DNA of 64,000 nucleotides, taken from Eledone cirrhosa (lineage: Eukaryota). Under the pieces are notes generated by a model. The model did not search any database, was not told where the DNA came from, and saw only the letters and a program-made list of their open reading frames with translations. The stretch covers positions 13,020,001 to 13,084,000 of the forward strand of contig OZ024743.1 of NCBI GenBank assembly GCA_964016885.1. The letters are read 5' to 3'. Numbering within the stretch: the stretch's first letter is position 1; every line of letters starts with the position of its first letter. The position numbers were made by a program, and so were the translations under genes. Positions 28,211 to 39,503 of this stretch are shown here, piece after piece.

Positions 28211-28574
28211 CTGAATCTTGAAATTAACTGAAATTGAAGATATGTTAAGAAAATTGCTATGAATAGAAACGTATGAAGCTGACTAAAGGCATTATATAAT
28301 ATTTGGTGAATCTATAGAGAATGAGAATAACTTCTCTTTAGAATTTACAGGAAGTTGAAGTATAACCGGAAGTTAATTTGTAATGCAATATGTAACACAA
28401 TGAAAAGAATAGAGAAACATAAGCCTCATGCATCACAAATATTGATATATTTTGACTCGTCAAATGGTTAAATTTCGTTGGGAAATGGTAACGCTATATA
28501 CACACTACATACATATATATATATGTATGTATGTATATGTATGTGTATAGATATATATGTATACACACACACAC

Positions 28575-28605
<31 letters not shown>

Positions 28606-29070
28606 CATATACATAAATATTTACATGCATACATATGAATATGCATACGCACGCATGCGCACACACACACATATATATATGCCTATATATACACACACAC
28701 ACATATATATGAATATATATACGCTCATAAATATATGCATTAAAATAAAACATAAGAATTGTGTGTGTCTAGGAAGTGGTGCAATAAGACAAAAAATTGT
28801 TTTTCACAAAATTTTCACTCTTCTGAAAAATGAGCCAAAATTCCTAATGCTGCTGCTGTTACTATTACCACCAGCACCACCACCACCACCACTACTACTA
28901 CTACTACTACTGCTACTGCTACTACTACTACTACTTATTATGCTGCTGCTATGGTCGTGGGAATGAAGTCATGAGGAAAAACCGATTGTTTTGGTAAAAA
29001 GAGGAGCAATCAGGAGAAAGCTCTCAACATTCGTAGTTTGTAGTTACAATGGAGATTCGGTATAATAATG

Positions 29071-29423
29071 ATTTCATTTATTGGCCACAAGGGCCGACAT
29101 ATAGGGGACAATACAAAAGACTGGGACAGTGGGGTTTTACAGAAAAATAGAGTAAACAATATGAATAACAATAACAAAGTAACAATAAAAATACAAGAAA
29201 AATTCCTCAATAGGGGGCATGACCACCCAGGGTTCGCTCAGGTACCCCACCAATTCTGAACGACCCGACGCTTCGAGAGCACCCTGGAAGGGCACGTCTC
29301 TCCTCAAATTTACCCACCTACAGGCGCATGATCAGAGTAGGTCCACTGACACGGGCCATTCTCGCCACATTCACCCACCTTTCAGGAAATGTACTTTGAG
29401 GCAGCACTTCTCTCTCCACCCAA
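29071..29423 (-). mobile_element. About 350-bp 5'-truncated L1/Tx1-group LINE with target-site duplication
   Basis: Reverse complement of the last ~350 bp of the full element. It is flanked by GAGATTCGGTAT(A/T)ATAAT at 29052-29069 and 29424-29441. Confidence 0.92.
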
Positions 29424-29989
29424 GAGATTCGGTATTATAATAACATTAATAAAGATGCTGATGTTACATAAATCGTTTATTCATTATAATTATTTCAACG
29501 GCTCTCCCTTGAATTCAATATGTAATTCATGTATTTGTTGTTATGAGAACGGTATCCTCAGATGAAATTCGATTTTGTGATATGCTGCAGGCAGGAAAAA
29601 CACGTCCTTCTGCTCGTGCGCTCGGCAGACATATGAGCCCTTAAAAGGGTCTGTCAGCCGTCGTGTTTACTGGAGTAAAGTGCTATACATGTGTCAATTA
29701 GCGAAAGCAGGATTCACGCACCCCCACGGAATTAGAGTCGTAAATAAACAAAGGTGTAATTAATCAAGTGTCGGTGTTTGCTGTTGTTGCTATTGTTGTT
29801 GTAGCTGTTGTAGCTGTTGTCTTGAATGTGGCTGTCAACAAAATATATACCTCACCCTCCCTCAGAGTTCCGTTTATTGCTTCCACTATCTGCTGGATTT
29901 TAGCTACACATAGACTATAGTTTTGTACAGACCAACACAACACCCTTGAAGAGTAACCCTTTTGTTGATTTACGACTCTAATTCCGCGG

Positions 29990-30369
29990 TGGGTGCGTGA
30001 ATCCTGATTTCGCTTATTGACACATGGTTACCACTTTCCCTCAGAAAATCGTTTAAACCATTGTAGAATCTTGCTTTGCTAATCAACCCCCCATAGGTCT
30101 CCTCTAACATTCCATGGGCTTCTTGTTTAAATTTAACACATGTGATAGCGTAACGTTGCTCCATGTTTCCCTGCATCTTTCCACGTGTTGAAAGATTGGC
30201 GACCGGATCAGACTGGTTCCATTATATGCACCTCTGTGCTCCACCTTTGGCAGATAGTTTATCACTTTATACATTATGTGTAAGTGTATTTCACCATGAA
30301 GTAGTATTATAATTGAATGATAATTAATGCCTCTCCTGAAATTTTCTCATCACTTGAACATATTTCGTA
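29990..30369 (-). mobile_element. Mariner-like transposon 5' remnant
   Basis: MEQRYAI.CVK..EAHGMLEETYG..SKARFY resembles the N-terminal HTH of mariner transposases. A degenerate TIR-like end ..TTGAACATATTTCGTA lies near 30369. Confidence 0.55.
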
Positions 30370-30603
30370 TGTGTGTAAAAAAACATCAATAACAATTGAG
30401 TGATATCTTGTGAAAAAACAACACTGAGGTTAATTTCGCAGAGACATGAGCATTAAAAACAAACAGTATAATATATATATATAGGTAAACATATTTTACA
30501 AGGCGGTGAATCGGTAGTCATAAGTGCGTCTTCCATCTTTTGGCGGTCGATAAATAAAGTGTTCGTTCAGTACTGAGGTCGATTCCTCCTCTGAATCTCT
30601 CAT

Positions 30604-30795
30604 TGTGGTGGATTGGCAGTATCGGTAGAGGGTCGGACGCCATGCTTTGCAGCATAGAGTTACAGCCCTTTATGATCTGAGTTCAAATCCTGCCGAAGTT
30701 AACTTCTTTTTTCATCCTTACGGAGTCGATAAAATAAAGTACCAGTAATGCACTGGATAATTGCTGGCCTTGCGCCAGAAGTAGAAACAATTATT
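30604..30795 (+). mobile_element. Family-A SINE, full length
   Basis: A/B boxes, central block and ..GTAGAAACAATTATT tail. Confidence 0.9.
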
Positions 30796-31385
30796 TTTTA
30801 AGACATTGACTTGGGTAGTGATGGGCTCAGTCAGGTTTAACTATCCAGGCCACACAATTTGTTTTAAGGCCCCATGGTATGGTATGGTTGAAAAAATTTA
30901 AAGCTGTGCAAAAATTCGAATTCTAAATTCTATGCCACCCAGAGTGAGGATTAATTCGATGACTAATATTAGTTTTATCATTTCAGCCACAAACACTTCT
31001 TTAATATTCGTCACCACACTGCTTTCGTTTTCTTGCTGTATAAATGTTTACAAGACAAAATATATTTACCATTAAGCAGCGAAATATAGATCTCATGAAA
31101 GAAGTAACTATTAACTTCCGGTTGTTGAGGGTTAAAAAATGGCAGAAAACTTACAAAAGGAAATAGGAAGAAAGAAGAAAAATTATAAATACATATATGT
31201 ATACATGGATTCTCTCTCATACGTACCTATGTATGTATTCATGTATATATGGAAACACTTATGTACACATAATCACTCATATAAACTAACACACACACAC
31301 ACACACAAGCATACATATATATACACACACACAAACGTATACATACACACATATACAAACATATAAATATAGATACATACATATA

Positions 31386-31527
<142 letters not shown>

Positions 31528-31682
31528 CATAGAGAGACATACATACATACACACACATGCATTACATATCAACAAAACACTAATTTAGAAGGAAGTTGTA
31601 CGTTTGCTTGTCCGGTTTACTAATCAGTACAAAAGAATGAAGGAAGCAGCGCTTAATATCTAAAATTAGTAGTAGTGGTTGT

Positions 31683-32849
31683 TGTCCTAAACCTCGCCTG
31701 ACTGCGCTGGAACGTTTGCACTTTCGCTTTTTGTGGAAGGGACACGCTCCGATGGTCAAGCGGTCCTTCCGCAACATTGAGGGCTGAACATGCCGTGGCT
31801 GACGATGCAAAGACACGCGTTCAGGCAACGACATCTCCACCTCTTCCTCTCGACGGTGATCAGGTGTAGTCGCCGTTTGCTAGACGCGTGTTTCCCCAGC
31901 TCGTCTCCATGACGGAGCTGCAGTCCTGGGTCAAGCGAAGACCGAGAGGGAGTGCTTGGAGACTGGAATATCTCCAGGCGCTCACAGCCCTCGACCAGTC
32001 GGGCAATGCGATCGGTGGAAACTCCACCCTGGCGTTCTATAACGAAAATCAACTAGCCAATCCCTTCGGAAGAACTTTCGGGCCGGGGCCTATGGACAAC
32101 TTCCAGAAATCCCTGGCCTGGCAGTGCTACTGAGGAGCTTTGCCAGTTCGGGATAAACTCTATAGGCATGGAGGTGCCGTCAGTCGGGCATGTCCGAGAT
32201 GCGCGCAGGGCGATAAATCGTCCTGCACGCACTCGTCCAGTGTCCGAGCATTGCTGACTTGTGGGTTTATGTCGAACACCTGCTGTCGCGTGTAGGATGG
32301 ATCCGGCTATCAGCTGAGTCCATCGTGAGGATTGCTCCGCCATCTTCCTTTAGCCGGGAAGGGCAGGCAGTTTCTATCTGTCTGGTGGCCATGGCGAAAG
32401 AGATAGTGTGGTGGACGCGTTTGAAAGGGCTGAAGACGAGCACTTACCTCTTCGGGGATGCCCTGATTAACTTTTTCAAATTTCATTTGAAAAGGAAAAT
32501 CAGGGTTGAGAGGAAGGTGCTCTTTTCCTAGCATTTTGTTGAAAGATGGGTGAGAGAAGCAAGAATGGCCCGAGTGAATGGACCTACTCTGAGTATGTGC
32601 CTATAAATTGAAGGTGGAAAACTGGGAGAGGGCACTTGCCCTGGTGGTCAGGGTCACCGTGGCTTATTTAATGGGCTCTCTCCACGATGGCCCTCGGGGC
32701 CATATTGGGGAATTTTTCATTGTTATTTTTTGTTACATCCTCTGTTTTTGTTTTTTACACGCAGAAATGCCCATTTGTACCGTCCTGTATTGTCCTGCAC
32801 TGTCCTTAATGTCTACTTTATGTAAACCCTTGTGGTTAATAAAGAAATA
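31683..32849 (+). mobile_element. Degenerate 5'-truncated L1/Tx1-group LINE with target-site duplication
   Basis: Collinear with ORF2 from about 37575 onward (FPQLVSMTELQSWVKRRPR, MDNFQKSLAWQCY). It is flanked by ATTA(G/T)TAGTAGTGGTTGT at 31665-31682 and 32850-32867. Confidence 0.9.
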
Positions 32850-32993
32850 ATTATTAGTAGTGGTTGTGGTGATAGTAGTAGTAGTAGTAACATCATTAGT
32901 AGTAGTAGTAGTAACAACATTAGTAGTAGTAGTAGTAGCAGTGATATTAGTAGTGGTAGTAGTAGTAGTAACAACATTATTATTATTATTATT
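32850..32993. repeat. (AGT)n/(ATT)n trinucleotide tract between two LINE copies
   Basis: Direct inspection. Confidence 0.9.
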
Positions 32994-33206
32994 GACGAAA
33001 GTGGATGTACGTTTTTTGAAGCTCCGTGAGTAAGCAATTTTTGAGGATTAATTGTAGAGAATTGTTTATTTTTTGTACCGCTGAAGCATTATAAGACATT
33101 AATTTGTATCCTGTGAAGGAATAACTCATAATATTTGGGCCTTTTGGCCCAAATATTTGAACTTTATTTTGAAAAAAAAAAATAATAATTTTTTTCTCAA
33201 AAAAAC

Positions 33207-35117
33207 ATGGCGGAGCCACGCCCCCTAGAGGCGGGTCTGCTGTCGTGCAACGGCGACTTGAGCGTTGAGAGGAGAGGTGAGGCGAGGAGCGCCACCAGCA
33301 CGAATGTGAGCAGCGACAGTGCCAGCACCAACGGGCCGAGCGGCGCGGAAGGTGGTAACAGCGACAACACCAACACCAACAAGCCGAACAGCGCAGAAGG
33401 TGGTAATAACGAGAGCACCAACAAAACGAACAGCACAGAGAGTAATAGTAGCGACAGCAGCAGCACCAACAAGGCCAACAGCACAGAAGGTAACCACGAC
33501 ACAGGGGAGAACAACAACAGCAATAGCAGCAGCAACACCAACAAGAACAACAACAGTGACAACACCAACAAGAACACTTTCGCTGCTGTGGCAGCGGCTA
33601 AAAGGAGACCATGCTACAGCATCGACTTAACCAACAGAGAGGAAAAGTTGGCCCAGGCCTGGAAAATCATAAATCAAGAGCAGACCTGGGCAAACTTAAC
33701 TGTCCCGGCAGAAGCCATTGAGGCAGTGGAAAAAAGAACGGTGCATTTCAGATGCATCTCAGTAGAGACAAAGAGGGCAGCGATAATCGCCCAAGCTGAC
33801 ATAGAAGCCGCACTGAAATACATCAGAGAGGACACAGACTTCATAGAGAGGGGCAGGCAATACGGCACCGTTTCGGTGCTGTTCAAGTCTGAAGCCCTCG
33901 CTGTGAAGCATTCAATGACCCCTTGCAAAACCAGCAAGGTCATAATGTACCCCTCCCACATGGGAAAACGAATAGCACGTGTGCGCATTCCCAGGATTCC
34001 ACCAGGACTTGATATGTGGTGGCTCCTGGGTTGCGTAATCGTGGAAGGAACGGATACAGTCCCGGTAGAGGCAACGAGAACTGCCAGGGACGACTGGTCC
34101 GGGGTTGATCTGGAGATACTGCTCCAAATCAGACCCGAAAACGTAAAAACAATCCCGGACCACATCCGCCTCCAAAACGGGAGGGTGTTGCATATAATGA
34201 CTGAGGGCAAAAGGCCGCATTGTTTCCTTTGTGGGGAAACGACACACTTGCGAGCCTTCTGCCCTCAACTGCCGAAAAGCGCAAGGGGTCGAAAGATTCC
34301 ACTGCTGGCGACGCCGGGACAAGGACCACCAGCAACACCGTCAACAATGGAACCACCAAAATTGCACACCCAGGGGGGAAACGAGGAAAGCTCTCCCATT
34401 CCCCCTCCCCTCAAAAATACACACACGAACAAGAACATAAACACTCACTCAGACACAAACACGCTCACAGCCACAGACCCCTCATCCTCCAGCAGTGAAG
34501 ATGAGGGAAAACCAAAGTCCCCCAAAATACAAAAAACAAAACACAAAAAAAAAAGAAATCCACAAAGCACAAACACCCCCACAAAAAAAAATACACACAC
34601 CACCCACACAAACATTTTCCCCACAGCATCACCAACACAACCACCAAAATCCCCCAAACGCAAACAAGCTAAACAGACACAAGAACAAATAGACACACAA
34701 ACATCAGAAACTACAGACACCCCACCCACAACAAACGCAGACACAATAGAAACAACACTAACAAAGCTATCACCACCACAATCACACGAACAAATAAAAC
34801 CCGAGCAACAAAACATTAAAAACTTCGTGCTTGCCAGAAGGGCCAACAAGGAATTGATGGCCCATGTAGCACGAAGCACAAACATCGAAAAAGACGGGGA
34901 AACATTTGAAGCGAGCACATTTCGCGTACCAGATAATTTGCTTCTGATGCGAATGTCGCTCGCTTCATACAAAGAAATTCGAAAGAGCTTTCCTCGGGAT
35001 GTGGGAACCCCGAACGTAAAACCCACGTCAAGACTATTAAAGGGGTTCCCAAAAGAAACCCCACAAACCATGGAGGTCGAACCACCCGACCTTCACAAGA
35101 CCCCGGAAGGTAAGTAA
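33207..35117 (+). CDS. LINE ORF1 (gag-like nucleic-acid-binding protein), 636 aa
   Basis: Single zinc knuckle CFLCGETTHLRAFC (CX2CX4HX4C), Asn/Ser-rich N-terminus and Thr/Lys/Pro-rich region after the knuckle. It lies immediately upstream of ORF2. Confidence 0.88.
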   Translation: MAEPRPLEAGLLSCNGDLSVERRGEARSATSTNVSSDSASTNGPSGAEGGNSDNTNTNKPNSAEGGNNESTNKTNSTESNSSDSSSTNKANSTEGNHDTGENNNSNSSSNTNKNNNSDNTNKNTFAAVAAAKRRPCYSIDLTNREEKLAQAWKIINQEQTWANLTVPAEAIEAVEKRTVHFRCISVETKRAAIIAQADIEAALKYIREDTDFIERGRQYGTVSVLFKSEALAVKHSMTPCKTSKVIMYPSHMGKRIARVRIPRIPPGLDMWWLLGCVIVEGTDTVPVEATRTARDDWSGVDLEILLQIRPENVKTIPDHIRLQNGRVLHIMTEGKRPHCFLCGETTHLRAFCPQLPKSARGRKIPLLATPGQGPPATPSTMEPPKLHTQGGNEESSPIPPPLKNTHTNKNINTHSDTNTLTATDPSSSSSEDEGKPKSPKIQKTKHKKKRNPQSTNTPTKKNTHTTHTNIFPTASPTQPPKSPKRKQAKQTQEQIDTQTSETTDTPPTTNADTIETTLTKLSPPQSHEQIKPEQQNIKNFVLARRANKELMAHVARSTNIEKDGETFEASTFRVPDNLLLMRMSLASYKEIRKSFPRDVGTPNVKPTSRLLKGFPKETPQTMEVEPPDLHKTPEGK

Positions 35118-35146
35118 ACCTTTCCTCTCCCATTCATCCTGCCAGC

Positions 35147-38100
35147 ATGGCCATAAGAGTAGGAAGTTTAAATGTTCGTGGCCTGGGGTCGCCCTGGAAG
35201 CAAGGTCACTTGCTCAACGACCTCAGGTCACTAGGAATAGATGTAATTGCCATCAGCGAGACCAGAATTTCCGACACACGCGCACTGGCGCCGATTTTCG
35301 ACGATTATCAGATCTTTGCATCTGTTAGTCGGCCGGGAATGGGAGGTGGAGTGGCTGTGCTGTTTAGGAAATGTCTGGATCTCGAGGTAAGGTCAATCTT
35401 CCGGGATCCTGACGGAAAGTTGGTGGTCCTGGACGTGAGCAATAGCGAAGGTGGTGCCTTTAGACTGGTGGCCGTCTACGCCCCTACTGGGGCCGGTCGG
35501 CCGGACTTCTTTAGGCGCCTGGAAAACTTTCTGCTTACGTCTCGCCCTTTACTGTTAATAGGGGATTGGAATGGCATCTTAGAAGCACGCTGGGATTGTG
35601 TGGGAGTATCTGATAGGAGCGGGGGGTGCAAAAGCCTCAAGTACCTGATCAGCCAGTTTCAACTGTCTGACAGGTACCGACTAGATTTCCCTAATGCGCC
35701 AGTATGGACCTGGACCAATCGCATAGGGTCATCTAGATCGTACATAGATAGGATTTTCATTAGGAAAAGAGATAGAAATAGTGTAGGATGTCCACATTTT
35801 AAAACGGTTGCCTATTCAGATCACAAGCTTGTGATCTGTATGGTCGACCTAGATAAGACACGTAGGTTAGGACCTAGCTACTGGAAGCTAAACATGTCGT
35901 TTCCGGCACGTAAAGCTTACAGGGACCGGGTCAACAACTTAGTTAAGCAAAAGTTGACAGGGGGGGTTGTCAACAACAGGTGGTGGGGGGCACTCAAAAG
36001 AGAGATTAGAGCAACCTCGATAGGATTTAGCAAAGAAGTAGCAATAGAGAAAAATAGAAAAGAGGAGGGGCTGATAGCTAAGTTAGACGAGGCTATTTGT
36101 AGTGGCATTGCAACAGACGTGCTAGCGGCGAGAATGGCACTAGACCATTTCTTCAATGCGAAACACGAAGGTTGCATTGTCAGAGCTAAGGCGCGTGCTC
36201 TGAGGAACGAGGGAACCAAAGCTGCCCGATGGGCTCGCTTTGCAGAGACGCAGCGTGGAAATAAAACCACAATTCGGTCTTTGACGGATCGAGATGGACA
36301 CGAACTGAGCGATTCCAAGCAGATGTGTGAGGCCTTTCGCCAGCACTTTGCTCGATTGTTCGGGAGGATGGGTGAGTCGGAGATGGCGGCGGACTTCAGT
36401 CCCTACCTCGACGGCTTGCCACGCCTCTCGACGGCCGACGCTGAGCGCTGCGAAGAGCCGATAACATCAGCCGAAATTCAGGACGCCCTTGTCGGCTGCT
36501 CGAGTCGCAAGTCACCCGGTTTGGATGGTCTGCCCTACGAGCTTTACGTAAATATGCCAGACTTGTTCTCCGATCTCCTCGAAGCGCTCTACTGCAACTG
36601 GCAGCAGAACGGGAGCATTCCCAGTTCTGTGAGCCGTGGCGTAGTGACGCTGATAAGGAAAGACGAGAACAAGAGGGACACACTAGATAATTTCAGGCCC
36701 ATAACCCTGCTCAACACAGAGTTTAAGATTTTGGCCAAGGTGTTAGCGAAAAGGTTGGCGCTTGTCGTCAAAGATTTGGTTGGGGAGGCGCAAACTTGCG
36801 CAATCCCGACCAGGTCCATACACGACAACCTCCACCTCATGCGATACATCATAGAGAGGGTTGGGTGCAAACCTGGCTTCGGTGGGGCTCTGATCAATTT
36901 AGATCAATCGAAAGCATTCGATAGGGTCGACCATCGGTACTTGGAGGCTGTCCTCGAGGCGGCTGGCTTCGGCCCCGTCTTCAGAAGCTGGATCGCTGCA
37001 ATGTACAGCGGCATCCGCTCGGTGGTCAAAGTTAATGGCCACCTCTCGGAACCGTTTCAGATCTCTCGATCGGTCCGTCAAGGGTGCCCTCTCTCCTCAC
37101 TTCTGTACGTATTGACTCTTGAGCCTCTACTGCGGAAGCTGGAGTTGTTGCAGGGCATCCCGCTCGAACCGGGACGTAGAAAGGCTGCGTCCGCTTATGC
37201 GGACGACATCACCGTGATGGTGTCGGACACCTCGGAAATCGAGGTGATCCGCACCCATTTGGAGGAATATGAAAGGTTGACGGGAGCAAAACTTAACCCG
37301 GAAAAGTCGGTGGGCTTGCAGCTCGGCACCTGGAGAGGCAAGTCCATGCCGTCCAACAGCGTCGTTGGGCGCTGGACAGACGGACCGGTAAAGTTGCTCG
37401 GGGTTTGGTTCGGACCAGACCTCCAGGTGGATAAGAATTGGGACGAGGTGACGAGCAGGATAGCCAACCTCACCCAGAAATGGGCTGAGAGAAAGCTATC
37501 ACTGAAAGGGCGGGCGGAGGTGGCGAACGCGTACATCGCGTCCGTCATCTACTACCGCCTGACCGTCGTGCCTTGCCCCCGTCCACGCCTCGCCAATTTG
37601 GAACGGCTCCTTTTCAAATTTTTGTGGAGGGGACGGGTCCCGTTGGTGAGGCGGTCCATCTGCTGCCAGCACCCTCTTCGTGGAGGGCTGGGCATGCCGT
37701 GGCTAATGATGCGCAGACATGCGCTGAGGCTGCGACATCTCCAGATATTTTGCCTAAACGGTGAACAGGTGTGGTCGCCGTTTGTTAGACGGGCCTTTCC
37801 GCAGCTCATCTCTTTGACTGAGCTGCAGTCCTGGGTCAAGAAGAGACCGAGACTGGGCGACTGGCATCTGGAATGTTGCCAGGCGCTCACTGCACTCTGC
37901 AAGGTGGGCAATGCGGTCAGTGGAACTTCCACTCAAGATTTCTATAGAGGATTAGTGGAGGGCAAGTGCGATGACGTACTAGGAGAGGCTCTGGGCGTCA
38001 ACGAAGTAGAACTGACCAGTATGTTCCGGAGGACTTTCGAGCCGGGGACGATGGATAACTTCCAGAAATCCCTCGCTTGGCAGTGCTACCGGGGGGCGCT

Positions 38101-38566
38101 GCCGGTTCGGGATAAACTCTACAGGCACGGAAGTGCTGTCAGACGAACCTGCCCGAGATGCGCGCAGAGCGACGAAACCGTTCTGCACGCACTCGTCCAG
38201 TGTCCGTGCATTGCTGACTTGTGGGGTTATGTCGAACAGCTATTGTCGCGTGTAGAACGGATCCGGCTATCGTCCGAGTCCATAGTGAAGATTGACCCGC
38301 CGCCTTCTTTTGGTCAGGAAGGGCAGGCAATTTTCCTCTGCCTGGTGGCAGTAGCGAAAGAGGTTGCATGGTGGACCAGGTTGAAAGGACTGAAGACAGA
38401 CACTTTTCTCTTCGGCCAATCCCTCATCAACTTCTTCAAGTTTCACTTGGAAAGGAAGGTGAGGGTGGAGAGAGAAGTGCTGCCCCCCAGTACATTTACT
38501 GAAAGGTGGGTGAATGTGGCGAGAATGGCCCGCGTGAGTGGGCCTACTCTGATCATGCGCCTGTAG
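35147..38566 (+). CDS. LINE ORF2: APE endonuclease + reverse transcriptase + C-terminal Zn-finger, 1139 aa
   Basis: EN motifs SLNVRG, ISET, VYAP, GDWN, IDRIF and SDH. RT motifs KSPGLDG, FRPITLLN, LDQSKAFDRV, VRQGCPLS and YADD. Zn-finger CPRC..HALVQC. No stops or frameshifts. Confidence 0.96.
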   Translation: MAIRVGSLNVRGLGSPWKQGHLLNDLRSLGIDVIAISETRISDTRALAPIFDDYQIFASVSRPGMGGGVAVLFRKCLDLEVRSIFRDPDGKLVVLDVSNSEGGAFRLVAVYAPTGAGRPDFFRRLENFLLTSRPLLLIGDWNGILEARWDCVGVSDRSGGCKSLKYLISQFQLSDRYRLDFPNAPVWTWTNRIGSSRSYIDRIFIRKRDRNSVGCPHFKTVAYSDHKLVICMVDLDKTRRLGPSYWKLNMSFPARKAYRDRVNNLVKQKLTGGVVNNRWWGALKREIRATSIGFSKEVAIEKNRKEEGLIAKLDEAICSGIATDVLAARMALDHFFNAKHEGCIVRAKARALRNEGTKAARWARFAETQRGNKTTIRSLTDRDGHELSDSKQMCEAFRQHFARLFGRMGESEMAADFSPYLDGLPRLSTADAERCEEPITSAEIQDALVGCSSRKSPGLDGLPYELYVNMPDLFSDLLEALYCNWQQNGSIPSSVSRGVVTLIRKDENKRDTLDNFRPITLLNTEFKILAKVLAKRLALVVKDLVGEAQTCAIPTRSIHDNLHLMRYIIERVGCKPGFGGALINLDQSKAFDRVDHRYLEAVLEAAGFGPVFRSWIAAMYSGIRSVVKVNGHLSEPFQISRSVRQGCPLSSLLYVLTLEPLLRKLELLQGIPLEPGRRKAASAYADDITVMVSDTSEIEVIRTHLEEYERLTGAKLNPEKSVGLQLGTWRGKSMPSNSVVGRWTDGPVKLLGVWFGPDLQVDKNWDEVTSRIANLTQKWAERKLSLKGRAEVANAYIASVIYYRLTVVPCPRPRLANLERLLFKFLWRGRVPLVRRSICCQHPLRGGLGMPWLMMRRHALRLRHLQIFCLNGEQVWSPFVRRAFPQLISLTELQSWVKKRPRLGDWHLECCQALTALCKVGNAVSGTSTQDFYRGLVEGKCDDVLGEALGVNEVELTSMFRRTFEPGTMDNFQKSLAWQCYRGALPVRDKLYRHGSAVRRTCPRCAQSDETVLHALVQCPCIADLWGYVEQLLSRVERIRLSSESIVKIDPPPSFGQEGQAIFLCLVAVAKEVAWWTRLKGLKTDTFLFGQSLINFFKFHLERKVRVEREVLPPSTFTERWVNVARMARVSGPTLIMRL

Positions 38567-38825
38567 GCTGGTGAATTCGAGAAGGAGAGGGGTGCCCTTC
38601 CCGGGTGCCCTAGGAGCGTCGGGTGGCTCAGGACTGGTGGGGTGCTTGAGTCAACCCTGGGTGGTGATCCCTCTTATTGGGGAACTTTCATTGTTGTATT
38701 TTTATTGTTATTTTGTTTTTGTTTTTTTGTTATTTATACTTACTCGATCTCTATGTAAACCCCCACTGTCCCTGTCTATTGTGTTGTCCCCTATATGTCG
38801 GCCCTTGTGGCCAATAAATGAAATC

Positions 38826-39503
38826 ATTATTAGTAGTAGTAGTAGTAGTGGTTGTGGTGGTGGTAGTATTAGTGGTGGTGGTAGTAGTAGTAGTAGCAGT
38901 GGTAGTAGTAGTGGTGGTGGTGGTGGTAGTAGTAGTGGTGGTAGTCGTAGTAGTAGTAGTTGTGGTGGTGGTAGTAGTAGTAGTGGTGGTGGAAGTAATA
39001 GTAGTAGTGGTGGTGGTTGTAGTAGTAGTAGTACCAGTTGTAGTAGTGGTGGTGGTGGTGGTGGTAGTAGTAGTGGTGGTAATAGTAGTAGTATTATTTG
39101 TGGTGGTGGTAATAGTAGTAGTGGTGGTGGTTGTAGTAGTAGTAGTACCAGTTGTAGTAATGGTGGTGGTGGTGGTAGTAGTAGTGGTGGTAATAGTAGT
39201 AGTAGTATTTGTGGTGGTGGTAGTAGTAGTAGTGGTGGTAGTAGTAGTAGTAGTGGTGGTAGTAGTAGTGGTGGTAGTAGTAGTAGTAGTGGTGGTAGTA
39301 GTAGTAGTAGTAGTAGTAATGGTGGTAGTAGTAGTAGTAGTAGCAGTGGTAGTAGTAGTGGTGGTGGTGGTGGTGGTAGTAGTAGTGGTGGTAGTAGTAG
39401 TAGTAGTGGTAGTAGTAGTAGTTGTAGTATTGGTGGTGGTAGTAGTAGTAGTAGTGGTAGTAGTAGTAGTAGTGATGGTGGTGGTGGGAGTAGTAGTAGT
39501 AGT
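38826..39503. repeat. About 680-bp compound (AGT)n/(GGT)n array with higher-order repeats
   Basis: Direct inspection. It gives the artefactual poly-S/G, V, T and L/P ORFs. Confidence 0.95.

Larger units (their letters stand above)
32994..38830 (+). mobile_element. Full-length, apparently intact L1/Tx1-group non-LTR retrotransposon (about 5.8 kb)
   Basis: It has a ~210-bp 5'UTR, two open ORFs 29 bp apart, and a ~260-bp 3'UTR ending in a stem-loop plus AATAAATGAAATCATTATTA. It is embedded in ATT/AGT repeats. The exact 5' end and TSD are ambiguous. Confidence 0.93.

Noticed and set aside
33138-33148. GGCCTTTTGGC equals U2 snRNA stem I, tempting because the Tx1-group element Keno targets U2
   Set aside because: Only 11 bp match, and the flanks do not resemble U2. 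No snRNA gene is present.
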